This document shows positions 39,766-50,679 of a stretch of DNA of 64,000 bases, piece after piece. Source of the DNA: Candidatus Spongiisociaceae bacterium. Its GTDB lineage: Bacteria > Actinomycetota > Acidimicrobiia > Spongiisociales > Spongiisociaceae. A model generated the notes under the pieces. It ran no database searches. It worked only from the letters and a program-made list of their open reading frames with translations, and was not told the DNA's origin. A program made the translations under genes and the position numbers. Each line of letters begins with the position of its first letter. The stretch's first letter is position 1. The stretch covers positions 323,188 through 387,187 of the forward strand of contig OZ241842.1 in the NCBI GenBank assembly GCA_965202675.1. The letters run 5' to 3'.

Positions 39766-40071
39766 TCAGCCTCCGGGGGTTGCTGTACGCGACTCTCGGA
39801 CGTAGTCGATGAGCGCCTCGGCGCGTCTTTCGTCCAGGCCCGGGTGGTCGTCCAGCCGGGCCGCCCTCCCTTGCCGGAGGGCCTCTTGGAGGCCGGCTGC
39901 GGCGTTCAGCGCCCCGGCGGCCCGGCGCACCCGCAACGCGTCGGGCCGCACCATCACCGCCGCCGCCTCGCCGCGGCGGGTAAGCGTTATTTCCTCACCC
40001 GCCGTTACGCGTTCGATTATCCGGGCAAGATCGGCCTGCGCCTCGCTGATGGGAACCGTCGCAGCCGTCAT
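39766..40071 (-). CDS. type II toxin-antitoxin Phd/YefM family antitoxin (no cognate toxin adjacent)
   Basis: PISEAQADLARIIERVTAGEEITLTRRGEAAAVMV Phd/YefM fold signature; 101 aa. Confidence 0.75.
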   Translation of the reverse strand: MTAATVPISEAQADLARIIERVTAGEEITLTRRGEAAAVMVRPDALRVRRAAGALNAAAGLQEALRQGRAARLDDHPGLDERRAEALIDYVRESRTATPGG

Positions 40072-40121
40072 AAGGCGTCAGTATACAAATGCCCGTCGGC
40101 GTCCAACAATGCTTTTACCCC

Positions 40122-41489
40122 CTACAGGCCGTTGCTTCCACCCCATTCCGAAGAGGCGATGATGCGGCTCAGCAGCCGGGCGGTCATACCCAGAGAGGCT
40201 ACGCCGACCCGTTCGTCGTTGCCGTGGAAGAGGCCGAGGAACTCGCTGAAGGCGATGCGGTCGTCGTACAGCCCCACGCCGTAGGAGGCCGCTCCCCGGG
40301 CTCGGAAAAAGCGGCCGTCGGTGGCCACCGGGGTGAGGGCGGGGACGATCCGGCGGCTTCCGGCCACGGATTCGTAGGCGTCGGCGATGGCCTCCCACAT
40401 CGGACCCCCGGCGGGCGAGGACGAGGCGCGGACGCTGATGATGTCCTCCACCTCCATCTCCTCGTAAAGCGGCCCCAGAGCCTTGCGCAGGTGGTCGTTG
40501 GCGTCCTGTCCGGTCTGGCCGGGGAGCAGGCGGACATCCAGCTGCACCTCCGCCCGGTCGGCCACGATATTGGCCTTGGTGCCCCCGTGGAAGACATTGG
40601 GGCTGAAGGTGGTGTGGGTGCAGGCGTGCACCCATCGGGCCAGCAGCAGATCCTCCGCCGCCATGTTCTCTATCTCGTCGTCCACCCGGTCGACGTCCAA
40701 CAGGGCGGCCGATCTGCCCGGATCCCACACCGCCTCCGCGAAGGCCCGCCATTCCGGGGTGATCACCGCCGGACCGCCGGAACGGGCGATTGCCGCCGCG
40801 GCCTCCGCCGCCTTGACCACCGCATTGTCGGTTCCGTAGGGCTGGCTCCCGTGCGAGGGCGCGCCGGACGCCCGGATGAACCGCCAAGCGGGGCCCTTCT
40901 CGCCCGCGGTCACCGGATAGACCGGCGGGCGGCCCGGGAGGCGGATGGCCGGAAAGGCCACCTCGGTCAGGACGTAATCGCATTCGACCAGCTCCGGGCG
41001 GTGTTCGGTGATCCATCCGGCGCCCAGACCCCCGCCGTTCTCCTCGTCGGCCGCCCCGAAGAACAGCAGGTCTCCCGCCGGCGGGGGCTTCTCCCCCGTC
41101 AGATAGGGCTTGAAGACGACCGCCATCGCCGCGGTGATGTTGAGCATGTCCACCGCCCCCCTCCCCCACACCATCCCGTCGATGACCTCGGCCCCGAACG
41201 GATCCACCGACCACCCCTCCTCCGTGACCGGCACCACGTCCAGGTGGCCCATCAGCATCAGGGCGGGGGCGGACGGGTCGCGCCCCGGAACCCGGTACAC
41301 CACGCTCTGCCGTCCGGGGGCCGGTTCCACCACCTCGCCCGGCTCTCCGAAATACGCCTCCAGCGAAGCCGCCGAGCGCTCCTCATGGCCGGAAGCCTCC
41401 GTCCCGTCGTTCACGCAGCGGTTGCGGATCAGGACCTGCAGCAGCTCCAACACTTCGCCTTCGAGGAGGGCGCCGGCGCGGCCGCTCAT
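40122..41489 (-). CDS. M20 family metallopeptidase (succinyl-diaminopimelate desuccinylase-like)
   Basis: [15 protein letters not shown], metal-binding His/Asp/Glu pattern; 455 aa. Confidence 0.8.
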   Translation of the reverse strand: MSGRAGALLEGEVLELLQVLIRNRCVNDGTEASGHEERSAASLEAYFGEPGEVVEPAPGRQSVVYRVPGRDPSAPALMLMGHLDVVPVTEEGWSVDPFGAEVIDGMVWGRGAVDMLNITAAMAVVFKPYLTGEKPPPAGDLLFFGAADEENGGGLGAGWITEHRPELVECDYVLTEVAFPAIRLPGRPPVYPVTAGEKGPAWRFIRASGAPSHGSQPYGTDNAVVKAAEAAAAIARSGGPAVITPEWRAFAEAVWDPGRSAALLDVDRVDDEIENMAAEDLLLARWVHACTHTTFSPNVFHGGTKANIVADRAEVQLDVRLLPGQTGQDANDHLRKALGPLYEEMEVEDIISVRASSSPAGGPMWEAIADAYESVAGSRRIVPALTPVATDGRFFRARGAASYGVGLYDDRIAFSEFLGLFHGNDERVGVASLGMTARLLSRIIASSEWGGSNGL

Positions 41490-41893
41490 ATCCCCAGCTT
41501 CTCCAGCAGGCCGTACATGGTCGGGGTGAGCGGCAGCGAGCGCACCTCCTCGAGCGGCACGAAAGCGGCGTCCCTGGCGTCGCCGCCCGCCTTCAGCTCC
41601 CCGCCGGTCACCCGGCCCGTGAAGTCCACCAGCGACGCGTGGTAATCAGGGGGGTCTCCTTCCCCGATGGCGTCGCCCGCCCAGATCACCTCCCCGAGGG
41701 CGACCTCCAGGCCGGTTTCCTCCCGGATCTCCCGAACCGCCGCCTCGGTCAGCCGCTCCCCCCAGCGCACCTTGCCGCCCGGCACCGCCCAGTATCCGGA
41801 AAGGGCCCCGCCGCCCCGCTCCACCAGCAGCAGGCGGCCCCGGTCCACGACCACCACCCCCACCCCCACCAGCGGCCGGGCGCGGTCGGTCAT
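41486..41893 (-). CDS. NUDIX hydrolase
   Basis: Nudix box [24 protein letters not shown]. Confidence 0.8.
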   Translation of the reverse strand: MTDRARPLVGVGVVVVDRGRLLLVERGGGALSGYWAVPGGKVRWGERLTEAAVREIREETGLEVALGEVIWAGDAIGEGDPPDYHASLVDFTGRVTGGELKAGGDARDAAFVPLEEVRSLPLTPTMYGLLEKLGI

Positions 41894-41900
41894 GGCCGGG

Positions 41901-42419
41901 TCATCCCGGATAGGCCTCTCTTATGCGGCGGCCGCCGTCGGGCCGGTCGCTGTGGTGCATGACGATTGACCGGGCCGCGAAGCCGCCCGCCTCGAAGAAG
42001 TTCTTGGCCAGGCGGTGGCCGGGCAGCACATGGGCGTCGAACAGGTGATGGCCCGAGCGGCGGAACTCCTCCATCAGGGCGTCGCGCATGACCTCCCCCA
42101 CCCCCGCCGCCCTGGCTTCTTCCTCCACGAACACCAGCCGGATCGCAGCCACCCGGACTCCCTCCTCATGGGCCAGGATCGGTTCGGAGCGCCCATAGAT
42201 GAAACCGAGCGGGAAGCCGTCCACCTCGCCGATGAAAACCCGGACGTCCTTGTCATCGATCCCGTCCAGGAAGGACTGCTCCACCGGTTCGTCCAGGCCG
42301 TCGGCGCGGGGCCACATCGGATGGAGGGAGGTCATCTCCGCCTCCAGCTTGCGGTAGAGATCCTCCAGGACGGGGGCGTCCTCGGATCGGGCGGGGCGGG
42401 CGGTTACCGAGTTATCCAT
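41901..42419 (-). CDS. GNAT family N-acetyltransferase
   Basis: 172 aa, acetyl-CoA binding-like [16 protein letters not shown]. Confidence 0.65.
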   Translation of the reverse strand: MDNSVTARPARSEDAPVLEDLYRKLEAEMTSLHPMWPRADGLDEPVEQSFLDGIDDKDVRVFIGEVDGFPLGFIYGRSEPILAHEEGVRVAAIRLVFVEEEARAAGVGEVMRDALMEEFRRSGHHLFDAHVLPGHRLAKNFFEAGGFAARSIVMHHSDRPDGGRRIREAYPG

Positions 42420-42467
42420 CTTCGGGCCGAGGGTAGCCGCGACCGGCCCCTCCGCCGGCCCCTTGCC

Positions 42468-42971
42468 TCAGGTGCAGTCGGCGCAGAGCATATTTTTGGG
42501 GTCGGCCAGCTGAACGTTCTTGCGCAGCAAGAAACACGAGGTGCAGACGAACTCGTCTACCCGCCGGCTGTCCGCTTCGACGTCGATGGCCATCTCTTTC
42601 CGGCGGAGGGCCTTGATCTCGGAGGCTTCGTCGACCAGGATGGTGGCGGGGTCGTTGGTTTCTACGGTTTCCAGTTCCTCCGCCTCCAAGGCGTCGAGGG
42701 TCACCGTTTTCTGATCGTCCTCGTCTTCATCGTCTTCGTCGTCGTCTTCGTCCTGATCGCCCCCGTTGATGTCATCCTCATCGAGATCATTGTCGTCGAG
42801 GTCCCCTTCGTCGAGGTCGTCGTCCTCGTCGATGTCTTCGTCGGGATCGAGGTCGTCTTCTTCGAGGTCCTCGTCGGGGTCGAGGTCGTCTTCTTCATCG
42901 ACATCAGGGGCGTCCTCGAACTTATCCCGGGGTTTTTTCGCCAAACCGATCCCTTGTTGCGGCGGCGGCAT
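42468..42971 (-). CDS. DUF4193-like protein (poly-acidic N-terminus, C-terminal Cys pairs)
   Basis: Extreme D/E run then EFVCTSCFLL...CADC. Confidence 0.55.
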   Translation of the reverse strand: MPPPQQGIGLAKKPRDKFEDAPDVDEEDDLDPDEDLEEDDLDPDEDIDEDDDLDEGDLDDNDLDEDDINGGDQDEDDDEDDEDEDDQKTVTLDALEAEELETVETNDPATILVDEASEIKALRRKEMAIDVEADSRRVDEFVCTSCFLLRKNVQLADPKNMLCADCT

Positions 42972-42995
42972 TATAGGCTCTCCGGAGGCGGGCCG

Positions 42996-43883
42996 TCAGA
43001 CTTTCAGCGCAATCCGTCCGGCCTGGACCCGCACCAACAGGGGCGAGTCGCCGAGCGGTTCCCCGTCTGCCTCCACCGGCCAGGGCTCCTCGGCCTCGAT
43101 CCGCACCTCGGCCGCCTGATACCGCCGGACGCCGGGGTCGGAGAGATGGTTCCCTCCCCGCGCCCTGGCCGCCAGCCGCCCCATCCGCCGTCTGGAGGAG
43201 GTGATCACCTGCACGTCTAGCAGGCCGTCCGCCATCGAGGCGCGGGGGGCGATGTTGTACCCCGCCCCGATGAACTGTCCGTTGGCCAGGATCACCGCCG
43301 CCGCCCTTCCCTCGAAGCTCCGTCCGTCCGCCTCCAGGCGGATGTCCCCGCCCCGGAACCCGGCCAGCGCCAGCGCCGCCGCCCCGGCGTAACGGAAGCG
43401 GCCCCATCCGGCGGGCAGGCGCAGGGCGGCGGACGCCGCGGCCGCGGTCAGTCCGGCCCCCGCCGCGTTCAGGAAGTAGCGCCTCCCCCACTCCCCGACC
43501 GCCAGCGCCGCATCCACCGGATAGACATCCCCCGCCGCCAGCCGGTCGGCGGCGGTTTCCAGGTCGGGGCCGATCCCGAAGGTGCGGAGCAGGTCGCCGG
43601 CCCCGGCGGCGGGCAGCACCCCCAGAACGGGGGTCTCCTCCCATGGGTGATCGAGGACGGCGTTGAGCACCGCGTTGACGGTTCCCCCTCCCCCCGCCGC
43701 CGCCAGCCTGCTCCGGCCCTCGGCGGCCGCCCGCCCCACCGCCTCCCGCAGCTCCTCCAAGCCGTCGGCGGCCACTATGTCGGCGGGTATCTTCCTGCGC
43801 CGCAGGACATCCTCCACGCGGGGCAGGATACGGCGGCCCCGGCCGGCGCGGGGGTTGACCAGCACCAGCCAGGCCTCGGTCAC
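42996..43883 (-). CDS. diacylglycerol kinase family lipid kinase
   Basis: GTG start overlapping helicase stop; LVNPRAG...GGGGTVN DAGK catalytic motif. Confidence 0.75.
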   Translation of the reverse strand: MTEAWLVLVNPRAGRGRRILPRVEDVLRRRKIPADIVAADGLEELREAVGRAAAEGRSRLAAAGGGGTVNAVLNAVLDHPWEETPVLGVLPAAGAGDLLRTFGIGPDLETAADRLAAGDVYPVDAALAVGEWGRRYFLNAAGAGLTAAAASAALRLPAGWGRFRYAGAAALALAGFRGGDIRLEADGRSFEGRAAAVILANGQFIGAGYNIAPRASMADGLLDVQVITSSRRRMGRLAARARGGNHLSDPGVRRYQAAEVRIEAEEPWPVEADGEPLGDSPLLVRVQAGRIALKV

Positions 43884-45913
43884 ACCGCTCCGCCCGCCGT
43901 CACCACTCCCCGGTCCACCGCCGCCAGGGCCTGGGAAGCCGTCCGGTCCAGCCCGCCGATCCCCAGCGCCCCGGCCGCATCCCTGAGCTGGCGCAGCACA
44001 TCCATTATCTGGCGGGAGGTGCGCACGAAGTCCCCGGGATCCAGGGAGGTGTCCTCCAGGAGGTCCTCCAGGTCGCGGAACTGCGCCCAGGCGTAGGCGA
44101 GCGGGCCGAAGCCGGGCTGGGGAGGGCGGGTGGCGGCCAGCCCGTGCGCCTGCTCGGCGGCGGTGTGGCGCTCCCACAGGTCGACCAGCAGGCCCCATCG
44201 CTGCTCCAGGGTCACGGACGGCCAGTCCCCGCCCGGTTCGGCATCCCGCCGCGGCTCGTACACGAAAGTCGAGGCCAGGGCGGCCAGCTCCGGGGGGGAG
44301 ACATCCTCGAAAACGCCCGCCTGCGCCGCCTCCACCAGCAGGAAGTCCATCTCGTTGTAGACCTTTCGCAGCGCCTGGCCCGGCGGCAGCAGGTTCCAGC
44401 CGTCCAGGTAGCCCCGCTCCGCCAGCAGGTTCCGGGTGCGGTGGAAGAAACCCACCAGGTCATCCGAGGCGCCCGACCGTTCGAGGCCCGGACTGCTCCG
44501 CACCACCCGCGCCCCCCTGAGCCGGAACTGGGCGAACGAGGCCTCGAGCAGCCGCTCGGCCTGCCGGCGGGGGTAGTTGGCCACCAGGTTCACCGCCATG
44601 TTGTAGGTGGGGCGGAAGTTGGAGCGCAGCGGATGGCTGCCCATCTGGGCGATGGCCGCCGCCCGCTCGAACGGTACGTAGGGCGAGTGCAGCACCACGC
44701 CGTGGCCCACCTCGTCGATTCCCCGCCGCCCGGCCCGCCCGGTCAGCTGCGTGAACTCGCCCGGGAGCATCAGCTCGTGGCCCTCGCCGGTGAACTTGGT
44801 GAGGCTGTCGAGCACCACGGTGCGGGCGGGCATGTTGATGCCGAGGGACAGCGTCTCGGTGGCGAACACCAGCTTTACCAACCCGTCGCAGAAGAGCTGC
44901 TCCACCACCTCCTTGAAGGCGGGGACCAGCCCGGCGTGGTGGGCGGCCACTCCTTTTTCCAGGGCGGCCAGCCACCGGCCGTAGCCGAGGGCCCGCAGGT
45001 CGGCGGCCTCCAGGCGGGCGGCGCCCTGCTCGGCCCGGCGGCGTATCTCCTCCTGTTCCTCCCGGTCGGTCAGCCTGATCCCGGTTACCGACGCCCGGGC
45101 CGCCGACTCGTCGCACCCCGCCCGGGAGAACACGAAGTAGATGGCCGGCAGCATGTCGAGGGCGGCCAGGCGCTCCACCATCTCCAGCCTTCTGGGGGTT
45201 GCGAAGCGCCGCCGGCGGCCGCCGCGGCGGGCCAGCATCCCCGAAATCGACCTGTTGGGGAGGGTTCCCCGGGCGGCCTCCTCGAACAGCGGAAGGGTGT
45301 GGATCTTGGCTTCGAAGCGGTCTTTCACCGCCCACCATCTCTCCAGGGGGACGGGCCGGTGGTCTTCGATCACCAGCTCGGCGCGCCCCCTCCGGGACCG
45401 CAGCCAGTCGGTGAACTCGCCGGCGTTGGCCACGGTGGCCGACAGGCACACCAGCCGGATGTGCCGGGGGGCGTGGATGATCACCTCCTCCCAGACCGCC
45501 CCCCGGAAGCGGTCCTGGAGGTAATGGACCTCGTCGAGCACCGCAGTATCCACCGAGGACAGGTCGGCGCCGGCGTAGATCATGTTCCGCAGCACCTCGG
45601 TGGTCATGACCACGATCGGCGCCTCTCCGTTGATGGTGTTGTCTCCGGTCAGCAGGCCCACCCGCTCGGCGCCATACGCCGCCGTGAAATCGCGGAACTT
45701 CTGGTTGGACAGGGCCTTCAGGGGGGTGGTGTAGAACACCCGGCGGCCTCTTTCCAGGCTCAGATGGACCGCCGCCTCGGCCACCAGGGTCTTGCCCGCC
45801 CCGGTGGGGGCCGTCACCACCACCGACGACCCCCGCTCCACCGCCTCGGCCGCCATGGTCTGGAACGGGTCGGGCCGGAACGGGAGGGACTCGAAGAACC
45901 GGTCGACCCTCAT
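43880..45913 (-). CDS. helY: DEAD/DEAH box helicase, HelY/Ski2-like
   Basis: Motif I APTGAGKT, DEVH, SAT, HHAGL, QLTGRAGRRG; ATG at 45913 overlaps tatC stop. Confidence 0.8.
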   Translation of the reverse strand: MRVDRFFESLPFRPDPFQTMAAEAVERGSSVVVTAPTGAGKTLVAEAAVHLSLERGRRVFYTTPLKALSNQKFRDFTAAYGAERVGLLTGDNTINGEAPIVVMTTEVLRNMIYAGADLSSVDTAVLDEVHYLQDRFRGAVWEEVIIHAPRHIRLVCLSATVANAGEFTDWLRSRRGRAELVIEDHRPVPLERWWAVKDRFEAKIHTLPLFEEAARGTLPNRSISGMLARRGGRRRRFATPRRLEMVERLAALDMLPAIYFVFSRAGCDESAARASVTGIRLTDREEQEEIRRRAEQGAARLEAADLRALGYGRWLAALEKGVAAHHAGLVPAFKEVVEQLFCDGLVKLVFATETLSLGINMPARTVVLDSLTKFTGEGHELMLPGEFTQLTGRAGRRGIDEVGHGVVLHSPYVPFERAAAIAQMGSHPLRSNFRPTYNMAVNLVANYPRRQAERLLEASFAQFRLRGARVVRSSPGLERSGASDDLVGFFHRTRNLLAERGYLDGWNLLPPGQALRKVYNEMDFLLVEAAQAGVFEDVSPPELAALASTFVYEPRRDAEPGGDWPSVTLEQRWGLLVDLWERHTAAEQAHGLAATRPPQPGFGPLAYAWAQFRDLEDLLEDTSLDPGDFVRTSRQIMDVLRQLRDAAGALGIGGLDRTASQALAAVDRGVVTAGGAV

Positions 45914-46629
45914 TTCTTGAGGAACCATCTCACCAGCCAGATGGTGCCCTCGTAGAACAGATACAGGGGCGCGGAGAGCAGCAGCAGGGTCAGGGGGTCG
46001 CCGGTGGGGGTGAGCGCCGCCCCCACCGTGACGATGATCAGCACCGCCCAGCGCCGCCCGGCGGCCAGCCTGGCCGAAGACACCGCCCCCGCCGCCGCCG
46101 CCGCAAACAGAAAAACCGGGAACTGGAAGGAGACGCCGAACAGCAGCAGGAAGCGCACCGTGAACCTGGTGTAGTGCTCGACGGTGACGAAGGTCTCCAG
46201 GTCGTCGAAGATGGTCAGCAGGAACCCCAGGGCCCGCTCCATGCTCCAGTAGGCGAACGCCACCCCCAGCCCGAACAGGACCACCATGGCGCCGACCACC
46301 GGGAAGGCCCACTTGCGTTCCCTGGGGGTGAGGCCGGGGTTCACGAAGGCCCAGATCTGGTAGGTGATCACCGGGCTGGCCAGCACCGCCCCGCCGAACA
46401 GGGACATCCGCATGGCGATGGAGAAAGGCTCGGTGGGTCCGGTGACGATCAGCGGCTTGTCGGACACCAACAGGTAGGGCCCCTGCAGGACGGCGAGCAT
46501 CCAGTCCCGGAAGAAGAAGGCCGCCGCCGCGCCCACCGCCAGGGCGGCCATGACCTTGACCAGCCGCGACCGCAGCTCGGTCAGATGGCCCATGAGGGGC
46601 TGGCTGGACAGGTCGGCCTGTTCGGTCAT
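45910..46629 (-). CDS. tatC: twin-arginine translocase subunit TatC
   Basis: Six TM segments, MGHLTELRSRL N-terminus. Confidence 0.9.
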   Translation of the reverse strand: MTEQADLSSQPLMGHLTELRSRLVKVMAALAVGAAAAFFFRDWMLAVLQGPYLLVSDKPLIVTGPTEPFSIAMRMSLFGGAVLASPVITYQIWAFVNPGLTPRERKWAFPVVGAMVVLFGLGVAFAYWSMERALGFLLTIFDDLETFVTVEHYTRFTVRFLLLFGVSFQFPVFLFAAAAAGAVSSARLAAGRRWAVLIIVTVGAALTPTGDPLTLLLLSAPLYLFYEGTIWLVRWFLKK

Positions 46630-47306
46630 GATTCCGCCGCCCGGCCGTCCGCCCCGGCGCCGTCTGTCTCGCCGGCGGGCCGGGTATCCGCGGTTTCTTC
46701 ATCGGGGGCGGCGTCTCGGGAGGCTTCGCCTCCGGCGGCGGGGGCCGCTGCGGGCGGCGGGTGCACCACGGCGGGCATCGGATCTCCCATACCCCGGCGG
46801 GATTCACTCGGGGGCACCCCCACCGGAGGGTCGGGGGCTATCCATCGCGCCCCGGGGGCCTGCCCGCCGCCGGACGCATCATCGGCCGGGCTGTCCGCCC
46901 CGGCGCCCTCCGCGGCGTCCGGTTCGGGGGCCGGCGCGGCGCCGCCCGCCTCCTTGCCCGCTCCGTCCGCGGCCGCCGCTCCGTCCGCCCCGGGCGTCGG
47001 GGGCGGGTTCTTGGCGGCCTGCCTTATCTCCCGCTCGGCTGCCCTGGCGGTCTCGGCCGTCTCCCTGAAGGTGCGGCGGACGTCCGCCGCCGGCTGGGAA
47101 AGTTCCTGCCGGATCTCCTTGATGGGCTCTCGGATCGGCCCCACCTCCTGCTCGATTCCCCGCCGCAGATCGGTTACCGCCTGCCGCAGCTCCCGCACGT
47201 ACCGGCCGATGGAGCGGGCGAGGTCGGGAAGGCGGTTGGGGCCGAACACCACCAGCGCGATGACCGCGATGGTGAGGATCTCGGCGCCGCTCAGGGAATC
47301 GAACAC
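46626..47306 (-). CDS. tatA: Sec-independent translocase TatA/TatB family protein with long Ala/Pro/Gly-rich tail
   Basis: N-terminal TM + amphipathic helix ILTIAVIALVVFGPNRLPDLARSIG. Confidence 0.75.
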   Translation of the reverse strand: MFDSLSGAEILTIAVIALVVFGPNRLPDLARSIGRYVRELRQAVTDLRRGIEQEVGPIREPIKEIRQELSQPAADVRRTFRETAETARAAEREIRQAAKNPPPTPGADGAAAADGAGKEAGGAAPAPEPDAAEGAGADSPADDASGGGQAPGARWIAPDPPVGVPPSESRRGMGDPMPAVVHPPPAAAPAAGGEASRDAAPDEETADTRPAGETDGAGADGRAAES

Positions 47307-47356
47307 GGTCCCATGGTACAGCCGTATATGCCCCTGCTATGCCCCGTTCGCCCGGG

Positions 47357-48295
47357 TCAGGCCTCCCCGTACCGGGACAGGATGGCCCGCCTGAGCCGCT
47401 CCGTTTCCTGCGACACCTCTTCTCCCTCCACCAGGCGCGCCCGGTCTCCGAGGCGGATCAGCAGGCGGGCCGTCACCCTGGGGTCGGCGGCGGCGAAGCG
47501 CACCACCAGCTCGCCGCCGTCGTCCGAGACGGTCTCCACCGGGTAGTACTCGGCCGCCCAGCGGGCCTCTTCTCCGAGGGCCAGCACCGCGTAGACGCTG
47601 TCGGCGGAGGGGGTGAAAGCCACCGTCGGCGGGCCGCCGCCCGGGGCGGATTCGAAGGTCTCGTCGAGGACGGTCAGCGACCTGATCCGGTCCACCCGGA
47701 AGGTGCGCCGGTCCCCGGCCAGGCGGCAATGGGCCAGCAGGTACCACCAGCCCAGGGAGGCATGCACCATCGCAGGCTCCACCACCCGGTCGGTGGTGCG
47801 GTTGGCGCCCCCCGACAGATAGGTGAGGAGCACCGCCCGGCGGTCCGCCGCCGCCCGCCGCAGGGCGTCCAGATGTTCGGGTTCGGGGGGGAGCTCCGCA
47901 TCCAGGGCTTCGGGGGCGTCGGGGAAGAGCGCCGCGGTCAACTTCTCGACCGCCCGGCCCAGGGCGGGGTTGGGCGGGTCCAGGCCGGCCGCCGCCATTC
48001 CGGCGCTCAGCAGGCCGAGGGCTTCGGGAGGGGTGAGGCGCAGAGGCCGGGAGAAATAGTCGGCCATGTCCAGCACCACCAGGTCGTCTTCTATGGAGGC
48101 CCACATCAGGTCCTCGGGTCCGTATCCGGGAAGCCCGCACACGAACAGCAGTTCCAGGTCCTTGGCCAGCTGTTTCTCTTCCCGGTAGCCGAACCGTTCC
48201 ATCACCTCGGAGACACGCGGGTAGGGGTTGGCGATGATCCAGGGAACCATGGCCAGGATCCGGTTCAGGCGGCGGCTGGTGGAGTCGGCGCTCAC
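47357..48295 (-). CDS. pafC: proteasome accessory factor PafC (WYL-domain regulator)
   Basis: GTG overlaps pafB stop (GTGA); WYL-like WWYLLAHCRLAGDRRTFRVDRI. Confidence 0.8.
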   Translation of the reverse strand: MSADSTSRRLNRILAMVPWIIANPYPRVSEVMERFGYREEKQLAKDLELLFVCGLPGYGPEDLMWASIEDDLVVLDMADYFSRPLRLTPPEALGLLSAGMAAAGLDPPNPALGRAVEKLTAALFPDAPEALDAELPPEPEHLDALRRAAADRRAVLLTYLSGGANRTTDRVVEPAMVHASLGWWYLLAHCRLAGDRRTFRVDRIRSLTVLDETFESAPGGGPPTVAFTPSADSVYAVLALGEEARWAAEYYPVETVSDDGGELVVRFAAADPRVTARLLIRLGDRARLVEGEEVSQETERLRRAILSRYGEA

Positions 48296-49218
48296 GCTCC
48301 GCTCCTCACCCGGCTGATCACCGACCGGCGCAGCCCGGACGGAGCCAGTACCTCCGCCGCGTCGTCCAGGGCGAGGATCTGGTTGACGAAGTTCCTCTCC
48401 GCCCAGTAGGGGATGTCCAGCAGCGTCCAGCCCTCCGGGTCCCGGCCCGCCTTCCGGGCGCCGGGGAAACGGCTCTCCGCCCACCAGGCCGCGTCGGGGT
48501 GGCACCGCACCCGGGCCGTCAGCTCGGGCCCCGTCTCCCAGGGCAGGGAGGACATGATGTCGCGGGCGGCGAACCCGCCGGGGCGCTCGAAGGCGCCGGC
48601 GGGGCCGGCCGCCTCCAGGCCCTCGGCCCGGTCCAGCCGGTAGGTGCGGATATCTTCCGCCGGCCGGCCCTCCTCCGCACCGGCGAAATACCAGTGGCCC
48701 CGGTAATAGCGCATCCCGTACGGTTCGACGGTCCGCCGCCTTTCCCGGTAGGTGAAGCGCAGCCGCCGCCGTTCGAACACCGCCTCGAACACGGCGCTGG
48801 GCCGTTCACCCGGGGCGAGGTCGGCGCCCATCGGGGCCGCCGCCTCGACGAAGCGCGCCCCTCCCAGCTTCAGCAGGGCGTCCGACCCGGAGGGGCCGTC
48901 CCCGGTCCTCATCATGTGGACGGCCAACGCCAGGGCGGCGCGCTCCTCTTCGGTCAGGTCCGGGTCGATGGTGCGGTAGGCCTCGTCGGGGATCACATAG
49001 CCTTTCTCCACCTCCCAGACATCGGTGGAGCGCATCTCCAGCTTCACCCCCAGCCGCCGCAGGGTGTCCTTGTCCCGCTCGAACATGCGGCGGAAGGCCA
49101 GGTCGGAGTCCTGTCCGTAGCCGTGCACCGTGCGGCGGATCTCCCGGGCGGTCACCGGCCGTCCGGAATCGATGAGGAAGGCCAGCAGGTTGATCAGGCG
49201 CTCGATGACTGCACTCAT
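48292..49218 (-). CDS. pafB: proteasome accessory factor PafB (WYL-domain regulator)
   Basis: HTH N-terminus, YRGHWYFAGAEEG WYL motif. Confidence 0.8.
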   Translation of the reverse strand: MSAVIERLINLLAFLIDSGRPVTAREIRRTVHGYGQDSDLAFRRMFERDKDTLRRLGVKLEMRSTDVWEVEKGYVIPDEAYRTIDPDLTEEERAALALAVHMMRTGDGPSGSDALLKLGGARFVEAAAPMGADLAPGERPSAVFEAVFERRRLRFTYRERRRTVEPYGMRYYRGHWYFAGAEEGRPAEDIRTYRLDRAEGLEAAGPAGAFERPGGFAARDIMSSLPWETGPELTARVRCHPDAAWWAESRFPGARKAGRDPEGWTLLDIPYWAERNFVNQILALDDAAEVLAPSGLRRSVISRVRSGA

Positions 49219-49242
49219 GGACTTCTCCGGCCTACCCTTTCC

Positions 49243-50628
49243 CTACAGCCTCTCGATCAACCGCTCGACCCGATCGTCGTCTTCCCGGCATCCGAACGGA
49301 TCCTTGCAGATCACGGTCTGTTGGGCTTGGTCGTTCACCTTCAGATGCACCCAGTCGACCGTTACCTGCCGGTTCTTGGCCTTGGCGGCGGCGATGAACC
49401 TGCCCCGCAGCCGGGCCCTGGTGTCCTGGGGCGGGCTCATGACGGCGGCGGCCACCGCGGCGTCGGTGACCATCCGCCGCACCGCCCCCCGCCGGGCCAG
49501 CAGGTTGTAGAGGCCCCGCTCCTCGGAGACGTCGTGGTAGCTCAGATCCAGCAGCATCACCCGCGGGTGGGACAGGGGAAGGCGGAACCGGCTGCGGTAG
49601 TGCTCGATCAGGTGGTACTTGGTTACCCAGTCGACCTCCCGGACGAGGGACAGGGGTTCCTCCTCCAGGCGGGTGAGCAGGTACCCCCACCCTTTGACCG
49701 CCTGGCTGATGCCCGGCTGCCCGCCGGCCGCCTCCCGGCGGAAACCGGGGTTGCGGGCGTACTTTTCGACCCGTTCCCAGTATTCCCACTGGATGTCGAG
49801 GGCCGACATGACCCGTCCGTTGGCCATCTCCATCTTGTGGTCGCGGCAGGAGAGATCCTTGCTGATTTCCCTGATGGCCATGATCGGGTCCTTGAGGGTC
49901 ATGTCGCGGAAGATGGCGCCGCCCTCGATCATCTCGAGCAGGGCCGCGACCGTTCCCACCTTGACGAAGGTGGCGAACTCGTTCATGTTCGAGTCCCCGG
50001 CTATTACGTGGAGCCGCCGGTAGCGCTCGGCGTCGGCGTGGGGTTCGTCCCTGGTGTTGATGATCGGGCGCGACCTCGTGGTGGCCGAGGAGTCGGTGTC
50101 CCAGATGTGCTCGGCGCGCTGGGATATCGTGAATACGGGGCCCCGGGGGGTCTGGTGCAGCTTCCCCGCCCCGGTGTAGATCTGGCGGGTGACCAGGAAG
50201 GGGATCAGGACGTCCAATATCTTGTTGAAATCCGCCTTCCGGTCCACCAGATAGTTCTCGTGGCAGCCGTAGGAGTTGCCCGCCGTGTCGGTGTTGTTCT
50301 TGTAGAGGAAGATGTCGCCCCGGATGCCCTCCCCCGCCAGGCGCTGCTCGGCCGAGCGCCGGAGTTTCTCCAGCACCCGGTCCCCGGCCTTGTCGTGGGC
50401 CACCAGGTCCTCGAGTCTGAGGCATTCGGGGGTGGCGTATTCGGGGTGGCTGCCCACGTCCAGGTAGAGGCGGGCGCCGTTCTCAAGGAAGGTGTTGGAG
50501 GAACGGCCGCCCGAGGCCACGCCCCTGAAAAGGTGCCGGGCCACCTCGTCCGGGCTCAGCCGGCGCTGGCCGCGCAGGGTGCAGGTAACGCCGTATTCGT
50601 TCTCGATCCCGAAGATGCGCCTGTCCAC
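49243..50628 (-). CDS. pafA: Pup--protein ligase PafA
   Basis: [14 protein letters not shown]-terminus, glutamine-synthetase-like fold motifs. Confidence 0.9.
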   Translation of the reverse strand: MDRRIFGIENEYGVTCTLRGQRRLSPDEVARHLFRGVASGGRSSNTFLENGARLYLDVGSHPEYATPECLRLEDLVAHDKAGDRVLEKLRRSAEQRLAGEGIRGDIFLYKNNTDTAGNSYGCHENYLVDRKADFNKILDVLIPFLVTRQIYTGAGKLHQTPRGPVFTISQRAEHIWDTDSSATTRSRPIINTRDEPHADAERYRRLHVIAGDSNMNEFATFVKVGTVAALLEMIEGGAIFRDMTLKDPIMAIREISKDLSCRDHKMEMANGRVMSALDIQWEYWERVEKYARNPGFRREAAGGQPGISQAVKGWGYLLTRLEEEPLSLVREVDWVTKYHLIEHYRSRFRLPLSHPRVMLLDLSYHDVSEERGLYNLLARRGAVRRMVTDAAVAAAVMSPPQDTRARLRGRFIAAAKAKNRQVTVDWVHLKVNDQAQQTVICKDPFGCREDDDRVERLIERL

Positions 50629-50679
50629 ACTTCTAGATTAGGCGCGGAGGGGCCGCCCGGGGTTCGGCGGCCGCCCGGG

